The position numbers were made by a program, and so were the translations under genes. Of a DNA stretch of 64,000 bases, positions 1-16,000 are shown one piece after another. The notes beneath the pieces were generated by a model that worked only from the letters and a program-made list of their open reading frames with translations, had not been told where the DNA came from and did no database searches. The first letter of the stretch is position 1, and the number at the start of each line of letters is the position of its first letter. The DNA comes from the human T2T-CHM13v2.0 reference genome, Homo sapiens, in NCBI RefSeq assembly GCF_009914755.1, contig NC_060926.1. One strand, written 5' to 3'.

Positions 1-687
1 GGTATCTCTATTACTCTGTATCCTTTAAAAAGTATGAATACCAAAATTAGACACAATATTTAAATGCACCATGAACCCTGACAAGCCTTCAGGGCAGTAG
101 GAATCAACAAATCAACATGATTGAAACATCACAATTTATAATTTTTTCCCACAATAAAGGAAACAATTGACAGAGTGGAATGACCAAGAATTTCTAGAAG
201 GATGGTGCTACTTGGTGAGTAATTTCCTTTAGTTAATTTAGCCAAAGAACTGCATTCTTTGCATACTTTCCAGAGTTCTCTGCTAACCATTTGCAAAAGT
301 TCTTGTTTTGAACTCCATGAAGTCTCTCATGCCAGCAACTTTCCTACCTAGTAGCCAGGTTGGTTGAGTCATGTAACTTCTGGCATGAGCTGTCAGGGTT
401 CCACACTGCCTTAAGCTGAGCACAGAGATGTGAGCTCATTTAAAATGTTTATTACATTTTATGATTTTAATTCATTTCCTGCTTCTGTGAGGTTACCAGG
501 CTATTTGTTGAAATATGGAAGTACACAGGGGCCTTCCAATGATGAAGTAATTTAACATTTTTTGTTTAAAAAATAAAAACCTCAAAAAGTTTCCCAGTTA
601 CACACTAGTCAAAAAAAGAACATTCACATTGGGTGCAAATAACTCTCAGCTCCTGCTGACAGTACTTAAGCAAAATGCAGAATTTCT

Positions 688-709
688 AAAAAAAAAAAAA
701 AAAAAAAAA
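688..709. repeat. Poly(A)22 run
   Basis: 22 consecutive A, with no adjacent retroelement body recognised. Confidence 0.9.
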
Positions 710-1739
710 GCTTTCAAAGGACTTGGGTTAGGGGAACAGTAAAAGACTCCTTGAATAAAATTCCTTTTATGAAAACTAAAAGTCAAGTCAAAACAAACAC
801 AAAAAGCCGTTGATTTCACTCAGTGTTTTTTATATGTCTTTAACACCTGCTACTGGAGCCCTGGAATTATAGACTAAGCAGCCATGCCAGTTAAAGATCA
901 TTCCAGATCAGCTCTCTAGCCCCCTCTTTTTATTATAAAATGTGTAATTTTTTTAGAGTTGTATAAGGAAGCAAATAAAATAATACTTCATAATTTCACT
1001 ATATAAGAATAAGAACCTATCTTAAAAGTAACAATGAAATTAGTAAAATATGTACATGGTTAGAAAATGCAAACATTTCACAGTAAAGTACAAAGCAGAA
1101 AAACTTCCAAACCATTTCCCTCCTTGTTTTCCAACAGTAACACTGTAAGCAATTTTGATGAATATACAGCATGGGAATTACAGTTATCAATACTGAATTG
1201 TACACTTGAAAAAAGCAACACTATACAAATACAGTTAATTCATGTATGAATGTGCTTATAGGGACAAAAATATATCTTTTTTTTTTAAAAAAAGCAAAGA
1301 GCACCTTTTAAAATTTAATAATGTATCTGGGAAATCTTTCCATTCATAAACCATTTTAATTATTTTACCTTGAAAACATGTATATTAGATCTAGTCACCA
1401 ATAATTTGTTTTCTCGTTCTTTTTCTTTCTCCTAGAAATCTCCTGCCAATTCCCACATTTATTTTTCAAGATAAGATTTTGGTATTATTTTGTCAAATCT
1501 GTATTTCTCTCACACTCAAAATAGGTATATGTGTCTGCATGTAATATTTCTATACTGTGTGATATATAGATATGTGTATATATATCACAAAAATATGTGA
1601 ATTTGAATTGCATTTAATTTACATTTAAAATAATATTGGTGCTTCTAATGTCATTGGTGAGTGCTATTTTATTTTTTCTGGTCTAAGTTTGGGACATATT
1701 GTTATTTTTTTTTTTATTTCACTGCAAAACCTTTTAGGA

Positions 1740-2460
1740 CAATGCTGAATAGAACTACTCATGAACATCTTCAACTTGATTGCAAAGTTAAGGAGAAATA
1801 GTTTAGCATTTCCACAATGAATGTGATATTCGCTAAAGGTTTTGGGTATATATGCTTTATTAGATTGAAGAAGCTCCCTTCTATTTCTAGTTTGCTCATT
1901 TTTAATATGAATCTCTATTGAGATAGCAATATGGTGTTTTTCTTCATTCTGTTAATGTAAGGTTCCACATTTATTGATTTTTGAATGTTAAACTAATCTT
2001 TCAAAGTTTCCTCATATAAATCAAATTGAGCATGATGTATTATCCATTATATATAGTATTGAATCTGATTTATTATAATGTTGTGTAGGATTTTTGCCTG
2101 TGTACATAAGAAATAGTAGCTTGCAATTTTTCTTTTAATGTCCTTTTCGGATTTTACTATCAAGGTCACGCAAACCTCAAAAATGAATGGGGCCATCTTA
2201 TATCTTATCTCATTTTCTGGAAGAGTTTTTATAACATTTGTGTGATTTTTTCTTTAAATATTTGGAAAAAAATAGCCAGTGAAGCCACTTGTTTCAGGAA
2301 TTTGTCAAAAAATTGTGAATTTCACATTCATTTTCTTTAATAGCATGGGAACATTGATTTGTTATTTCTTCTTTTTTCAGTTTTGAGCTGTGTTTTTCAA
2401 GTGATTTGTCCATTTCTTCTACATCACAAAATTTATTGTCATAAAGTTGCAGATAATTAT
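1740..2460 (-). mobile_element. Ancient L1M ORF2 relic
   Basis: Degenerate antisense ORF2 motifs (ttattagattgaagaagctcccttctatttctagtttgct; gccagtgaagcca). Confidence 0.65.
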
Positions 2461-2944
2461 GGTAGATTGCATTGTGTTTCCAGTTCTTTCAATACATATG
2501 CTTGTCTTGGCCACCTAACTGAGCACAGCCTAATTAGTTGAGATCCAGCAGACCCACAGACATATGAAAGAAAATAAAGAAATATTAGTTTAAGCCACTG
2601 AGTTTTGAGATGGTTTTATAATAGTTAATCAATGAACCAAAAAAATTTTAATTAGTTTGCAATATACGTAATATGGCTAATTTGTGACTTCTCCTCTTTT
2701 CTTGATAAGTCTTGCTAGAGATTTAACAAATTTATTAATCTTTAAAAAATATTTCTTTTTGCTATTGTGTGCTTGCGTTGTCTTTAATTTTTGCTTATAT
2801 TTATTATCACTTTCCATTTACTTTCTATGTATTTGATTTGCCACTTTTCCTAATTCAAATATCAATTCTATTCCTTCTCTCATAGAATCCTTATTACACA
2901 TCTATTAGACATTTTCATTTTGTCCCAGATGTGTCTATATGCTT

Positions 2945-3320
2945 TTTTCTTAACATTTCAACTTTTTATATATACTAGGCATACATGTTCTGGTTTGTTA
3001 CATGGGTATATTACACTGAGGTAGTGAGCATAGTACCCAACAGAGTTTTTCAACCCATTTCCCCTCCATTCCCCCTACTTCTAGTAGTCCACAGTGTCTA
3101 TTGTTTCCATGTTTATGTCCATGTGTGCTCAATATTAAGCTCCCACTTATAGGTGAGAACATGTATAGTATTTGGTTTTCTGTTCCTGTGTTAGTTTGCT
3201 TAGAATTATAGCCTCCAGCTCCATCCATGTTGCTTCAGAGGACACTTTTTTCATTATTTTATATGGCTATGTAATATTCCATGGTGTATATGTTTCATGT
3301 TTCCTTGATCTAATCCACCA
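2945..3320 (-). mobile_element. Old L1PA (PA13-16-like) 3' end, 5'-truncated
   Basis: T-rich tail then antisense 3'UTR (tttgttacatgggtatatt...ctcccacttataggtgagaacatg...tccagctccatccatgttgct). Confidence 0.75.
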
Positions 3321-3884
3321 TGCATGCTTTCTGCAGCCATGTCCTCAAGTTCACTAGTCCTTTCCCTACTCTTTATGATTCTGCATTATCTAACACATTC
3401 ATCTAACCATCTAACACATTCTTAGTTTTAGTCTTGTTTTTATCAGTTCTCAAGTTTCCATTTGAAATTTTTGATGGATTCTGAGTCTCTCTTGCAGTTC
3501 TTCATCTTTTATTCCATTTTCTTGACAGGTTAATCCAAATTATTTTAAATATACTATCTGAAAACTTCAATATCTAAACCATATATGCATCTGTTTCTAT
3601 TTACTTCTGTTTTGTCTCCAGTTCGTTGTTCTGTATTTTAGCATATTTCATATTTTTTAGATGCTGGAATTAACAAGTAAAAACTATAGCGATTCCTTCA
3701 AAAATGCTTCATTTTCTGTTGAATGGTAAATATAAGGCTAGTAAATCAACTTGAGCTTGTGAAAGTTTAGTTTTAGGTGTGGGTAGGAATAGGCTGTTTC
3801 AGTTTTTACTTTTTCTTAGGGTATGGCCCTTCTGAGGGCTCAAGAGAAAACTTGAGTTGTTTACCAAACAGAATATTGGATATA

Positions 3885-4365
3885 TCTGGGGGGCAGAATA
3901 ATGGCCCCCCAAATATACCCATGCCCTAAGGAGCTATGAATACTTTAGGTTGCACTGCAAGAGACAATTAAGTTTGTAGATGAAATTAAGTCTGTTAATA
4001 GGCGGACCTCAAGATGGAAAGATTATCTTAAATTATCTGGGTGAGCTATGTGAAACCACAGGGGTTCCAAGTGGAAGAGAGAAGCAGTAAACAGGGAACC
4101 ACAGAGATGGAGAGAAGCATGAGAAAGATTCAACTGGATATTGATTGTTTTGAATAATACAGACAGCCTTTAGAAACTGGAAAATGCAGGAAGATAGATT
4201 TTTCCCTAGAGCCTCCAGTAGGAAATGCTGCCCTTCTGATAACTTGAGTTTAGTTCAGTGAAACCCATTTTAGACCTCTGACCTCCAGAACTAAAAGATG
4301 ATTTTTAATCTGTTATATCTCTACATTTGTGGTAATTTTTTACAGTAGCAGTGAGAAACTAAGAT
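3885..4365 (+). mobile_element. MaLR LTR, MLT1D/E-like
   Basis: Starts ggcagaataatggcccccc; contains tttccctagagcctccag and gacctctgacctccagaact; ends gagaaactaagat. Confidence 0.75.
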
Positions 4366-4369
4366 CCAT

Positions 4370-4760
4370 TGCTATGGAGTACATTGTGCAGCCCCTCTGC
4401 CCAAATTCCTGTTGGAAGTGTCACCCGCAATGTGGTGGTACTTGGAGATGGAGCCTTTGGGAAGTAATGATGTTTACATGAGGCCATGAAGATAAGAACC
4501 TCATGATGGGATTAATGCCTTGATAAGAAGAGATGCCAGAGAGCTTACTCTCTCTCTCTCTCTCTCTTTCTCTTTGTCATGTAGGAACACCAAGAGAAGG
4601 CGGAAATCTTCAAGTCAGAAAGAGAGCTCGCTGAAACCTGACCATGTTGGCACCCTGATCTTAGACTTCCAGGCTCTGAAACTGTGAGAAAGTAAATTTA
4701 TGTTGTTCAAGCCACCTACTCTACGGTATTTTGCATGGCAGCCAAAGCTGACTAAGATAC
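4370..4760 (+). mobile_element. MaLR LTR, MLT1A-like
   Basis: tgctatgg start; ctcatgatgggattaatgcctt; ttggcaccctgatcttagacttccag; ends gctgactaagatac. Confidence 0.8.
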
Positions 4761-5384
4761 CATCATGTTAAATGGACTTAAATTCTCATTCCCTATCATC
4801 AGACAGTTAGTAAAATTTCTGCTTAGCTCTGTGGCTTTCCAAGTTTTGCTTTCTATTGCGTTTCTTGGAGTCTTACCCTGTTAATATGCATATCTTAGGA
4901 GTCCATCTTTAGCTTCAAATAATTTTTTGTCTGATATAGTTGGTCTTCACTATCCCATCCCTCCAGACCCTCCTATCCATGACTTCGTTCCTTAAAATTT
5001 GGATACTCTGACAGTCCAACCTATGTCTTATGTCTCCTCAGTCCAGTCAGACTATTTTCAGCTTGGATTCCATTTCCCCTTGCTGTCGTGAACTAGAAAA
5101 TACTCTCAGGGAAAAGATGGGAAAATGTGGAACTCATATCTTATGCTCTCCTACTTTTACAGTCTACCATTCATCCAGTTCTTATTTACTATGATTATTC
5201 ACGAGAGCCTTCAAAAGTTGTTTTTCTCTATTATGTCCACATTTTGTAAAGGTATCATTAGGAATCTTGGTTTAATTCAAGCTACTTAGCCATAACTAAA
5301 AATGAACTCTATTCCAATTAAATTTAAAACATTAATCTTGTATTTTAAGTAGGTTATCTGCCTTGTCTGGATCTAGGAAAGATC

Positions 5385-5755
5385 ATGTCAAGACCCTCCT
5401 CCCCAACCCAGAGATTGCCACAGAATGTCATATATTCTTCTAAAAGCTATTGCTTGAGAGTCTTTGTCTGCATAACAGAAAATAACCTTTGTTCTCATTG
5501 TATTTTCTCCCCTCAGCCTCCCAAGCTTGTTCCCACCTTCCCCCAGGAACCCCCAAAGCCTGTCTCTTTCTCTACAGTGTAACAACTTTAGGCCCTTCTT
5601 TGAATCCCGTGTTCTCTATGGCTCTTGTGCTCATATGCACATACTAAATTTGCATGGCTTTCCTTCTGTTAATCTGTCCCTTGTCAATGTGTTTTATAGA
5701 CCCAAATTATCAAACCTTCAGAAGGAGAGAAAGAAAAATTATCTTTGCTCCTATA
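5385..5755 (+). mobile_element. ERV1 LTR fragment, MER34/MER39-like
   Basis: Ends with ctgttaatctgtcccttgtcaat...aaccttcagaaggag...tttgctcctata, as recalled for MER34/39 3' ends. Confidence 0.55.
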
Positions 5756-6754
5756 TATGTTGTTGTCTTTCTGAAATACTATGGATCTTTTAGTGACTTC
5801 AGAGAGTGGTAGCTAAAGTGGTCTCATAGCAATAAGGAACTATCCAGTGAATACTATGTAGAGCTTTTCCATACTTTTCTTGTTTCTGTATTTCATTCAT
5901 TCAACAGATACTTGTTGCATGGTTTCCATTCTGTGCTGCCTTCTCTTCTGGACGATGGGGTTAGGATAGTGAATGAGAAGGTAAGTTCTATGCTACAAAA
6001 TTTAGCAAGATGGAAATTGTGTGTGTTATAAAGAAAAATAAATTGCAGATAAGGAGAGCCTAACAGAAAGCCAGTTTGCGTTAGCTGTTCACTAACAGGT
6101 TTTCCTTATAGGTGTAAATTTATTTTATAAAAGGACAGCTTTTCAGAGCTAATTCTGTGTCTGCAGTTTCTGTGAATAACCATCTCAAAATATACCAAAG
6201 AAACGTACTTTGGGGTGATGTATTTTAATTTCCTACCCATATTTAGACCAGAATTAACTGGAAAAATATAATATATCCCTCCCTTTCACTATAAAATGTC
6301 AGGATTTATGTCAAACATAAATTAGAGACCCTAATCTCATATAATTGTGCAGTATATTGCATATTCCACTATGAGATAGTACTTTTTAAAAAATTTCTTT
6401 ACCAAGAAAATAGAAGAAATAAAATAATTAGTAAAAATAGAAATCTTATATTGTCTAGGAAACCAAATTTATTTACAATTAATCACTGTGGATGTGAAAG
6501 GAAGGTGGTTTCACATGACTTGAGAACAGGACAGGGTTAAATGTGCTGCCTCTGGCATCAAAGACCTTGCCCGTCTCTACTTCCACAACTTTTAGACTCC
6601 TAATTAACGTAGTTCCCATTGAACTAAGCTATTTACAGTTCCCATTGAACCCCTTTTGCTGTTATTTTTGTTATAGAAACCAGAAATTAAACTTAAATTT
6701 ATCCTAAAAATTATAAAATTATGAATAAATATCTTTCCGGATTTTATTTTGAAG

Positions 6755-8805
6755 TTTTTTAGAGTATATGTTGTAATTTGATACATTTATAGAATTTGTA
6801 AAGATCAAATCAATGTACTTGCTATATCACCTGAAATATTTATCTTTTTAATGCTAGCATCATTTGAATTTTCTCTTTTAGCTATTTTGAAATATAGAAT
6901 AGATTATTGTAAACAATTGTCATCCTACTGATCTATCAAACCATATATTTATACCCATTAATCAACTTCTCTTTATCCCTCTTATCCCCATCCTTCCCAG
7001 GTTCTGGTAACCAGCAATCTAATCTCTACCTTCATGAGATTCACTTTTTTTTTTAACTCCCGTATAAGAGTGAGAACATGTGACATTTGACTCTCTGTAC
7101 TTGGTTTATTTCAGTTATCAAAATGACCTCCAGTTCTATTCATGTTGCTAAAAATGACAAAATTTCATTACTTTTTATGGCTAAATAATATCCCATTGTA
7201 TATTATACCACATTTTCTTTATCCGTTAATCTGTTGATGGGCACTTAAGTTGATTCATATTTTGGCTACTGTGAATAGTGCTACAATAAACATGTAAGTG
7301 CAAATGTCTTTTCGATATGTTGATGTCCTTTCTTTGGAATATATCCTCAGTAGTGGAATTGCTAGATCATATGGTAGTTCTATTTTTAGTTTTTTTTTCA
7401 GAACTTCCATACTGTTCTCCATAGTGGCTTTACTAATTTACATTCCCACCAACTGTGTATGAGGATTCCCCTTTCTCTGCATCCTTGCCAGCATCTGTTA
7501 TTGACTGTGTTTTTGATAAGAGCCATTGTAACTGATGTGAGATGATATCTTATTGTAGTTTTAATTTACATTTCTCTGATTATTTTTATATACTTGTTGG
7601 TTATCTGTATTTCTTCTTTTGAGAAATATCTATTCAGATATTTTGCCAATTTTTAATTGGATTCCTTGAGATTTTTGCTGTTGAGTTGTTTGAGCTCCTT
7701 ATATATTCTGGTTATTCATCTCTTGTCAGATGGATAGTTCCCAAAAATTTTCTCCCATTCCGTGGATTTCTCTTCACTTTGTTGATTATTTTCTTTACTG
7801 TGCAGAAGCTTTCCACTTGATGTAATCCCACTTGTCTGTTGTTTGCTTTGGTTGGCTGTGCCTTTGAAATCTTACACAAAAAAATCTTTGCCCAAAGCAA
7901 AGTCCTGGAGCATTTCCCCAATGTTTTCTTCCAGTAGTTTTCATAGGTTTAGGTCATAAACTTAAGTCTATGATTTGATTTTTGTGTATGGCAAGAGAGA
8001 GAGGCCTAATTTCATTCTTCGGTATATAGTGATTTAGTTTTCCCGGCACTATTTATTGAAGGCTGTCCCTTCCTCTTTGCATGCTCATGGCATCTTTCTT
8101 GAAGATAAGTTGGCCCTAAATGTGTGGACTTATATCTGGGCTCTCTATTCTGTTCCATTGGTTTATGTGTCTGTTTTTATGCCAATACCAGGCTGATCTG
8201 GTTACTGTAGCTTTGTAGTAAATGTTGAAGTCAGGTAGTGTGGTGCCTTCAGCTTTGTTAATTTTGCTCAGGATTACTTTGGCTATTCAGTGTCTTCTGT
8301 GGTTCCACATAAATTTTAGGATTTTAAAATTCTATTTCTGTGAAAAATGTCATTGGTATTTTTTATAAGGATTGCATTGAATCTGTAAATTATTTTGGGC
8401 ACTATTGTCATTTTGACAATATTACTTCTTTTAATCCATGAGTATAAAATATCTTTCCATTTGTGTCCTTTTCAATTTTTTATCATCATTATTTTATAGT
8501 TTTCTTTATATAAATATTTCACTTCTTTGGTTAAATTGATTCCTAGGTATTTTATATTATTTGTAGCTATTGTAAGTGGGATTGCTTTCTCAATTTCTTT
8601 TTTCAGATTATTTACTATTGGTGTATAAAATGCTACTAATTTTTGTGTGTTGATTTTGTATCCTGCAACTTAGCTGAATTCTCTTATTAATTCTAACAGT
8701 TTTTTGGTGGAATCTGTAGGTTTTTCTAAGTATAAGATTATGTCATCTGCAAACGAAGCTAGTTTGACTTCTTGCATTCCAACTTGAATGACCTTTATTT
8801 CTCTC
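6755..8805 (-). mobile_element. L1MA (MA2-4-like) 3' half: ORF2 C-terminus and 3'UTR
   Basis: Antisense L1MA 3'UTR at the left; RT motif '[17 protein letters not shown]' in ORF 8670..9275. Confidence 0.85.
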
Positions 8806-8953
8806 TCCCTTCCTTCCTTCCTTCCTTCCTCTCTCCTTCTTTTCTCTTTTCTTTTCTTTCCCTTCCTTCCTTCCTTCTTCCCTCCCTCCCTCCTTTCTTT
8901 CTTCTCTTTCTTTCTTTTTCTTTCTTTTTCTTTCCCTTCCTTCCTTCCTTTTT

Positions 8954-9009
<56 letters not shown>

Positions 9010-9160
9010 TTTCTTTCCCTTCCTTCCTTCCTTTCTTCTTTCTTTCCTTCCTTCCTTCCTTCTTTCTTTCCCTTTCTTTCTCTCTTTCTTTCCTTCCTTC
9101 CTTCCTTCCTTCCTTCTTTCCTTCTTTCCTTCTTCTTTCTTCCTTCCTTCCTTCCTTTCC
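8800..9160. repeat. ~360-bp pure pyrimidine (CTTC)n/(CTTT)n compound microsatellite
   Basis: Only C/T across the interval on the + strand. Confidence 0.95.
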
Positions 9161-9164
9161 CCAA

Positions 9165-9750
9165 AGGGGTTATTTCTGCAGTGTCCAATGGTTGGATAGG
9201 GGTTTGTGCCCAGAGGACCTGTGGGATGAACCTCCTAGAGCATGGTGCTGCTGTACAGCCACTCTGATTAAGCATCTCTTATGGCCAAGTTACAAAGAAG
9301 AGTTTCCAGAGGTAAGATAGTAGTCTTGGTTCCCTCTTTTTTCTCTGCCTGTCCTCAGGGATGTTTCTCCCTTTGGGCATTTGTGATGTTTCCCGTGGGT
9401 TAAGGCAGAAACAGGGCTCTTACCATGCAATTAAAGGTGGTGGGAAAGCTGGTTGTCCACCTTGATTTCACTTTTTCTGGTGTAGAAACCGTCTACTTGG
9501 GGAAAAATTTTCCATGTGCTTGGTATCAGGCAGGATACCAGGGGCGATGTCATGGATGTGGAAGTCCTACTCTCTTACTCTCTGCTCAGTTTTTTCATTT
9601 CTCTTTGGCCCTGGGTACTGTCTCCTCTTTGTATTGAGTTCTGGGACATTTCTGGTGACAATCTTGGAGCTGTATATTTGTTTTAGCTTTTCTGTGGCAG
9701 GGTGTGGGTAGTGAAGCCAGTTTGTTTCTATGCCACGATTTTGGAGCCAG
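9165..9750 (-). mobile_element. Old L1M 5'-end fragment
   Basis: Antisense 5'UTR-like sequence ending gtgaagccagtttgtttctatgccacgattttgg, resembling the reverse complement of an L1 start. Confidence 0.5.
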
Positions 9751-10018
9751 AAGTCTAAATGTTTATTTTCTTGAAAGCAACCCGTGAGCAGAGATCTCTG
9801 CTCTAGATACTCCCTGGTTCCTACTTGGAGTATAGGATTAATTCTGCAGTTTGGTTCTCATGAAAAAATGATGGTCCCATGATTTCATCTTTCTTAGGAC
9901 TTTTGCTTGATTGTAGTACAGGTTTACTATGTATTTCTCGAAGAAATTTTACTTACCTAAATATTTTGGATAACTCTTGGACTGGAGAGATTACATATTG
10001 GAGATGTGAGAAATTCTT

Positions 10019-11898
<1,880 letters not shown>

Positions 11899-13447
11899 TG
11901 AGAACCCCACCCCAACAAATTTTTTTATAAAAATATCATTGAAACTTGCAAATATGTTATAGTACATGTCCTGCGAGATTTCGAATGCACACATTCTTAA
12001 TGAACTTTGAAAGCATTTTGAATTGGTGTAATTCTGGGTACTTCCATAGGACACTCCAGTAAGTTTTCATTCTCATTTCACATTCCTAGTTTTAAGTCAT
12101 TTTTTTTTTCTTCTAAATATTAAGCTTGTTTTGATTTCAGGGGCCACTTTGAGTAAGATTTGCAAATAACCTTTCCCACTCTGTAAGACCCCAAGCTAAC
12201 TAAAGTGAAACAAAAATTCTAGAATTCAAAGCTAATCTCTTTCAGAATCTAGGATGCACTTACACCGTTGTAGGTTTTTGAAAAGGAGAATGTTTCTCCA
12301 TACAACTGAGGAAGGCCATAGGGAGAGGGAAGTGGGAGATTTGTTTCTAATTAAAAGCTTTCAGGCCATTAGTTATGGTAGAGACAGGTGAGAGAGAGTG
12401 AGGTATGGTGGTAAAAAACTAGAAAGACCTGAAATATAAAAGTAAAAGCTTGTAGTAGTTTTCTAACTAGAAACTAGAATTTTTTCTAATATGTTAGACA
12501 TAAAATTCTATAAATGGCAATAAATAAAATGTTACTTTTGTGAACATAAATATGAACCATAAAAGAACACAAAAAAGGAGAAGTGGCATATATATGGCAT
12601 TTGATATACATAAAACATATTAATGTTTTTTAATGAAAAGTTTTTTTTGTATATTGAAACATGATACTGATATATATGCAAGTATATCCCTTATATGTAG
12701 TGAAAAACTTAAAAATAACACCAGTGAAACATAATTTAATTTTAAATATTACAGCAAGTTTTAAATAGCCTTTTTATAATTTGAACATTATTTGTACTCC
12801 AGAATATTATATATTTTACCATCAAAAGTAACAAACTGTCATTATATCCACTTTGAAACACCAGAGACGATAGTTAATTCATTATCTATGATATTCAGAT
12901 AACATCAAGTTATCTTTCTCTGCCAGTGAATCTCTTTCATTTAGTAGAAGAGAGTGTAATTGTCCTTGGCACAGACAGGGAAAATACCCTGTGATGTTTT
13001 AAAAACATCAGTATACCACCCTTATTCTCCAAACCATAATTATAAAGGATGACTTTTACTGTGAGAAAGCCATTTTCCCTTAGTAAAACAACTGCATGAC
13101 TGTATTTACTTTGGAATAAGCTGCTCTAAATCTCAATACATATTCCCGCAGTGTTTATCACAACCAAAAGAAACTCATTTACATTTCATTAAATATTCTT
13201 GTATTTCTATATTTTAAAATCTTAATTCTTTCAAGTACTCACTTTTATGTGGTCTGCAGCTTGTATTGTTCTTTCTTCATTTCAAATTCTTACTGAAATA
13301 AATTTGATATTTTTATTTATTTTCTCTTCTAGCTGGCCACAAGCAGTAATAAAAGAGTAATAAAAGTATTTCAATGTAAGCTTCATTACATTTCTTTCTA
13401 TCAATTAGTATGCATTATAATTAGTATCTAATGATTAATTAATTTAA

Positions 13448-13811
<364 letters not shown>

Positions 13812-14284
13812 CTACTTTTTTAAGGCATGGAGTTTGTAAGCTATTTGGAAACCTATGAAAAATATTTATTTATGTATGATACTTTATAAATTTATTCACA
13901 TTGCCCTTTGGATGATATAAGATATGCAGTTAAAATTTCAAATAATGTAATGTTTTTGTTTTTACAAAAGCTTTAAAGTGAAAGGGGGAAGATTAAATTA
14001 TTTTAATTTGATATAAATAGCATTTTAATCTGTTATTTCCTATCAAGTCAAAACTTTTACCTTTTTCATATATTTCTAATTCTATTGTGTGGATATGAAG
14101 TGTTTTGTAGTTATTGATGACATGTCAGTAAATTTCATTTTTAAGTGAACACACATCCTCATCCAACACTTCTGAGTAATATTTCAATTTAGAATTAAGA
14201 TAATAACTTCCTTATTAAATATCAGCAAAGCAGAACAATTTTAAACATCCACTATGTAGAAACCATGTCAAAAATAAGAATATA

Positions 14285-14525
14285 AAAATTTGTTGGGACA
14301 TGGTGCCCTACAGTCAGACATAAGTTTGGATTTTACCTTCACCACTTAGAAGCTTCTTAGTCTTGTTACTTTTCATCTTTGTGACTCTGTTAATTCATTT
14401 TTAAAATGTTTTATACAATAATATGCACATCAAAAGATTGATGAGAAGATTATATTAATTAATATAAAGTGCAGACCCTATGTGTGGTGAGTAAACGCTA
14501 AATATATATTAGCCATTATTATTAA
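14285..14525 (+). mobile_element. MIR relic
   Basis: cagtcagacataagtttgg...ttgttactt...gagaagattatatt...gtgagtaaacgctaaatatatattagccattatt. Confidence 0.5.
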
Positions 14526-15155
14526 TATTAATTAATGTTCTGAGTATTGATAGGTCAAGCATCTGATACATTTAATTGCCATTTTCTCATTTCTTATTTT
14601 TATTGTCTTGTTTTATCGGAAATGTAGTTGTTGATGACTCTGTTTCTTTTTAAAAAAAATTTATAGTTTTCTCACCAAGTCAGAATGTTTCAGCTCCTCC
14701 AACAATCACAGGGCAACTGATTTTCTAAATTATATGGCTATAACAGCATGAGAAAGTTAAATCTTTCTACTCAGAGAGGCGTACATGTGGAGAGGAAACT
14801 CATCTTTGGATATACATTAAAGAAATGTCCATTCAGCATTCTGCAAAGCAGTTCTAAAGCTATCTTCTCCTAAGTATTTACAGACAAGCAGCGTCTTTCT
14901 CCCACAGACACCTCGCTTCTATAAAGGTAGAAACTTAACAGTACCGGTACCACCCAGGTTTTCCACCATCTCCCTGGGTTTATGCCTCCCACAGTTGCCA
15001 ACACACATTTTAGAATCAGAAGCTCCTACCTGCCACTTCCACTATCATAGAACTTAGGTAAGGCCATTTTCCCTCCTTTGGACAGAAATGTGTTCCTAAA
15101 ATCTGAAAATGCATTTCTCATTTAAAAAAATAACATGTCAGGTTCTGGTTACTAA

Positions 15156-15584
<429 letters not shown>

Positions 15585-16000
15585 AAAAAATTTACTTTTT
15601 AAATGTAAGTGTTTACACTGCAGTCTACTTTTATTCTGCTTCAATTACATATTTTAAATTCAGATATTTCAAAGTATCTACATCTGTGCTATTCTGAAGT
15701 CAAAGTTTTTTTTTGGAACTCTCATCTAAAAATTCAATAACACCATGAAGAATCACTATTAATTTTCCTCTAAGATGATAAGTAAAGAGAGAGATGCTAG
15801 TGTTTACTGAAGAAAGCTATTTTTCCTTCTCACCTCTACTTATTGAAGATGACAGTACATTTCTCCATGCATAAAAGTGTTATATTTTGCAAACCTTCTG
15901 AGGTTTGCAAAATATTAAAAAACTATCTTCCTAAGTCCTAACCCTTTACTGCTACTGCTTCTTTCATGTAAAATTCTCACTTATCTTCCAAATCTCATGT

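Noticed and set aside
8670-9320. Long K/E/R-rich and F/L/S-rich ORFs
   Set aside because: Translations of the (CTTC)/(CTTT) microsatellite plus a short L1 RT remnant.
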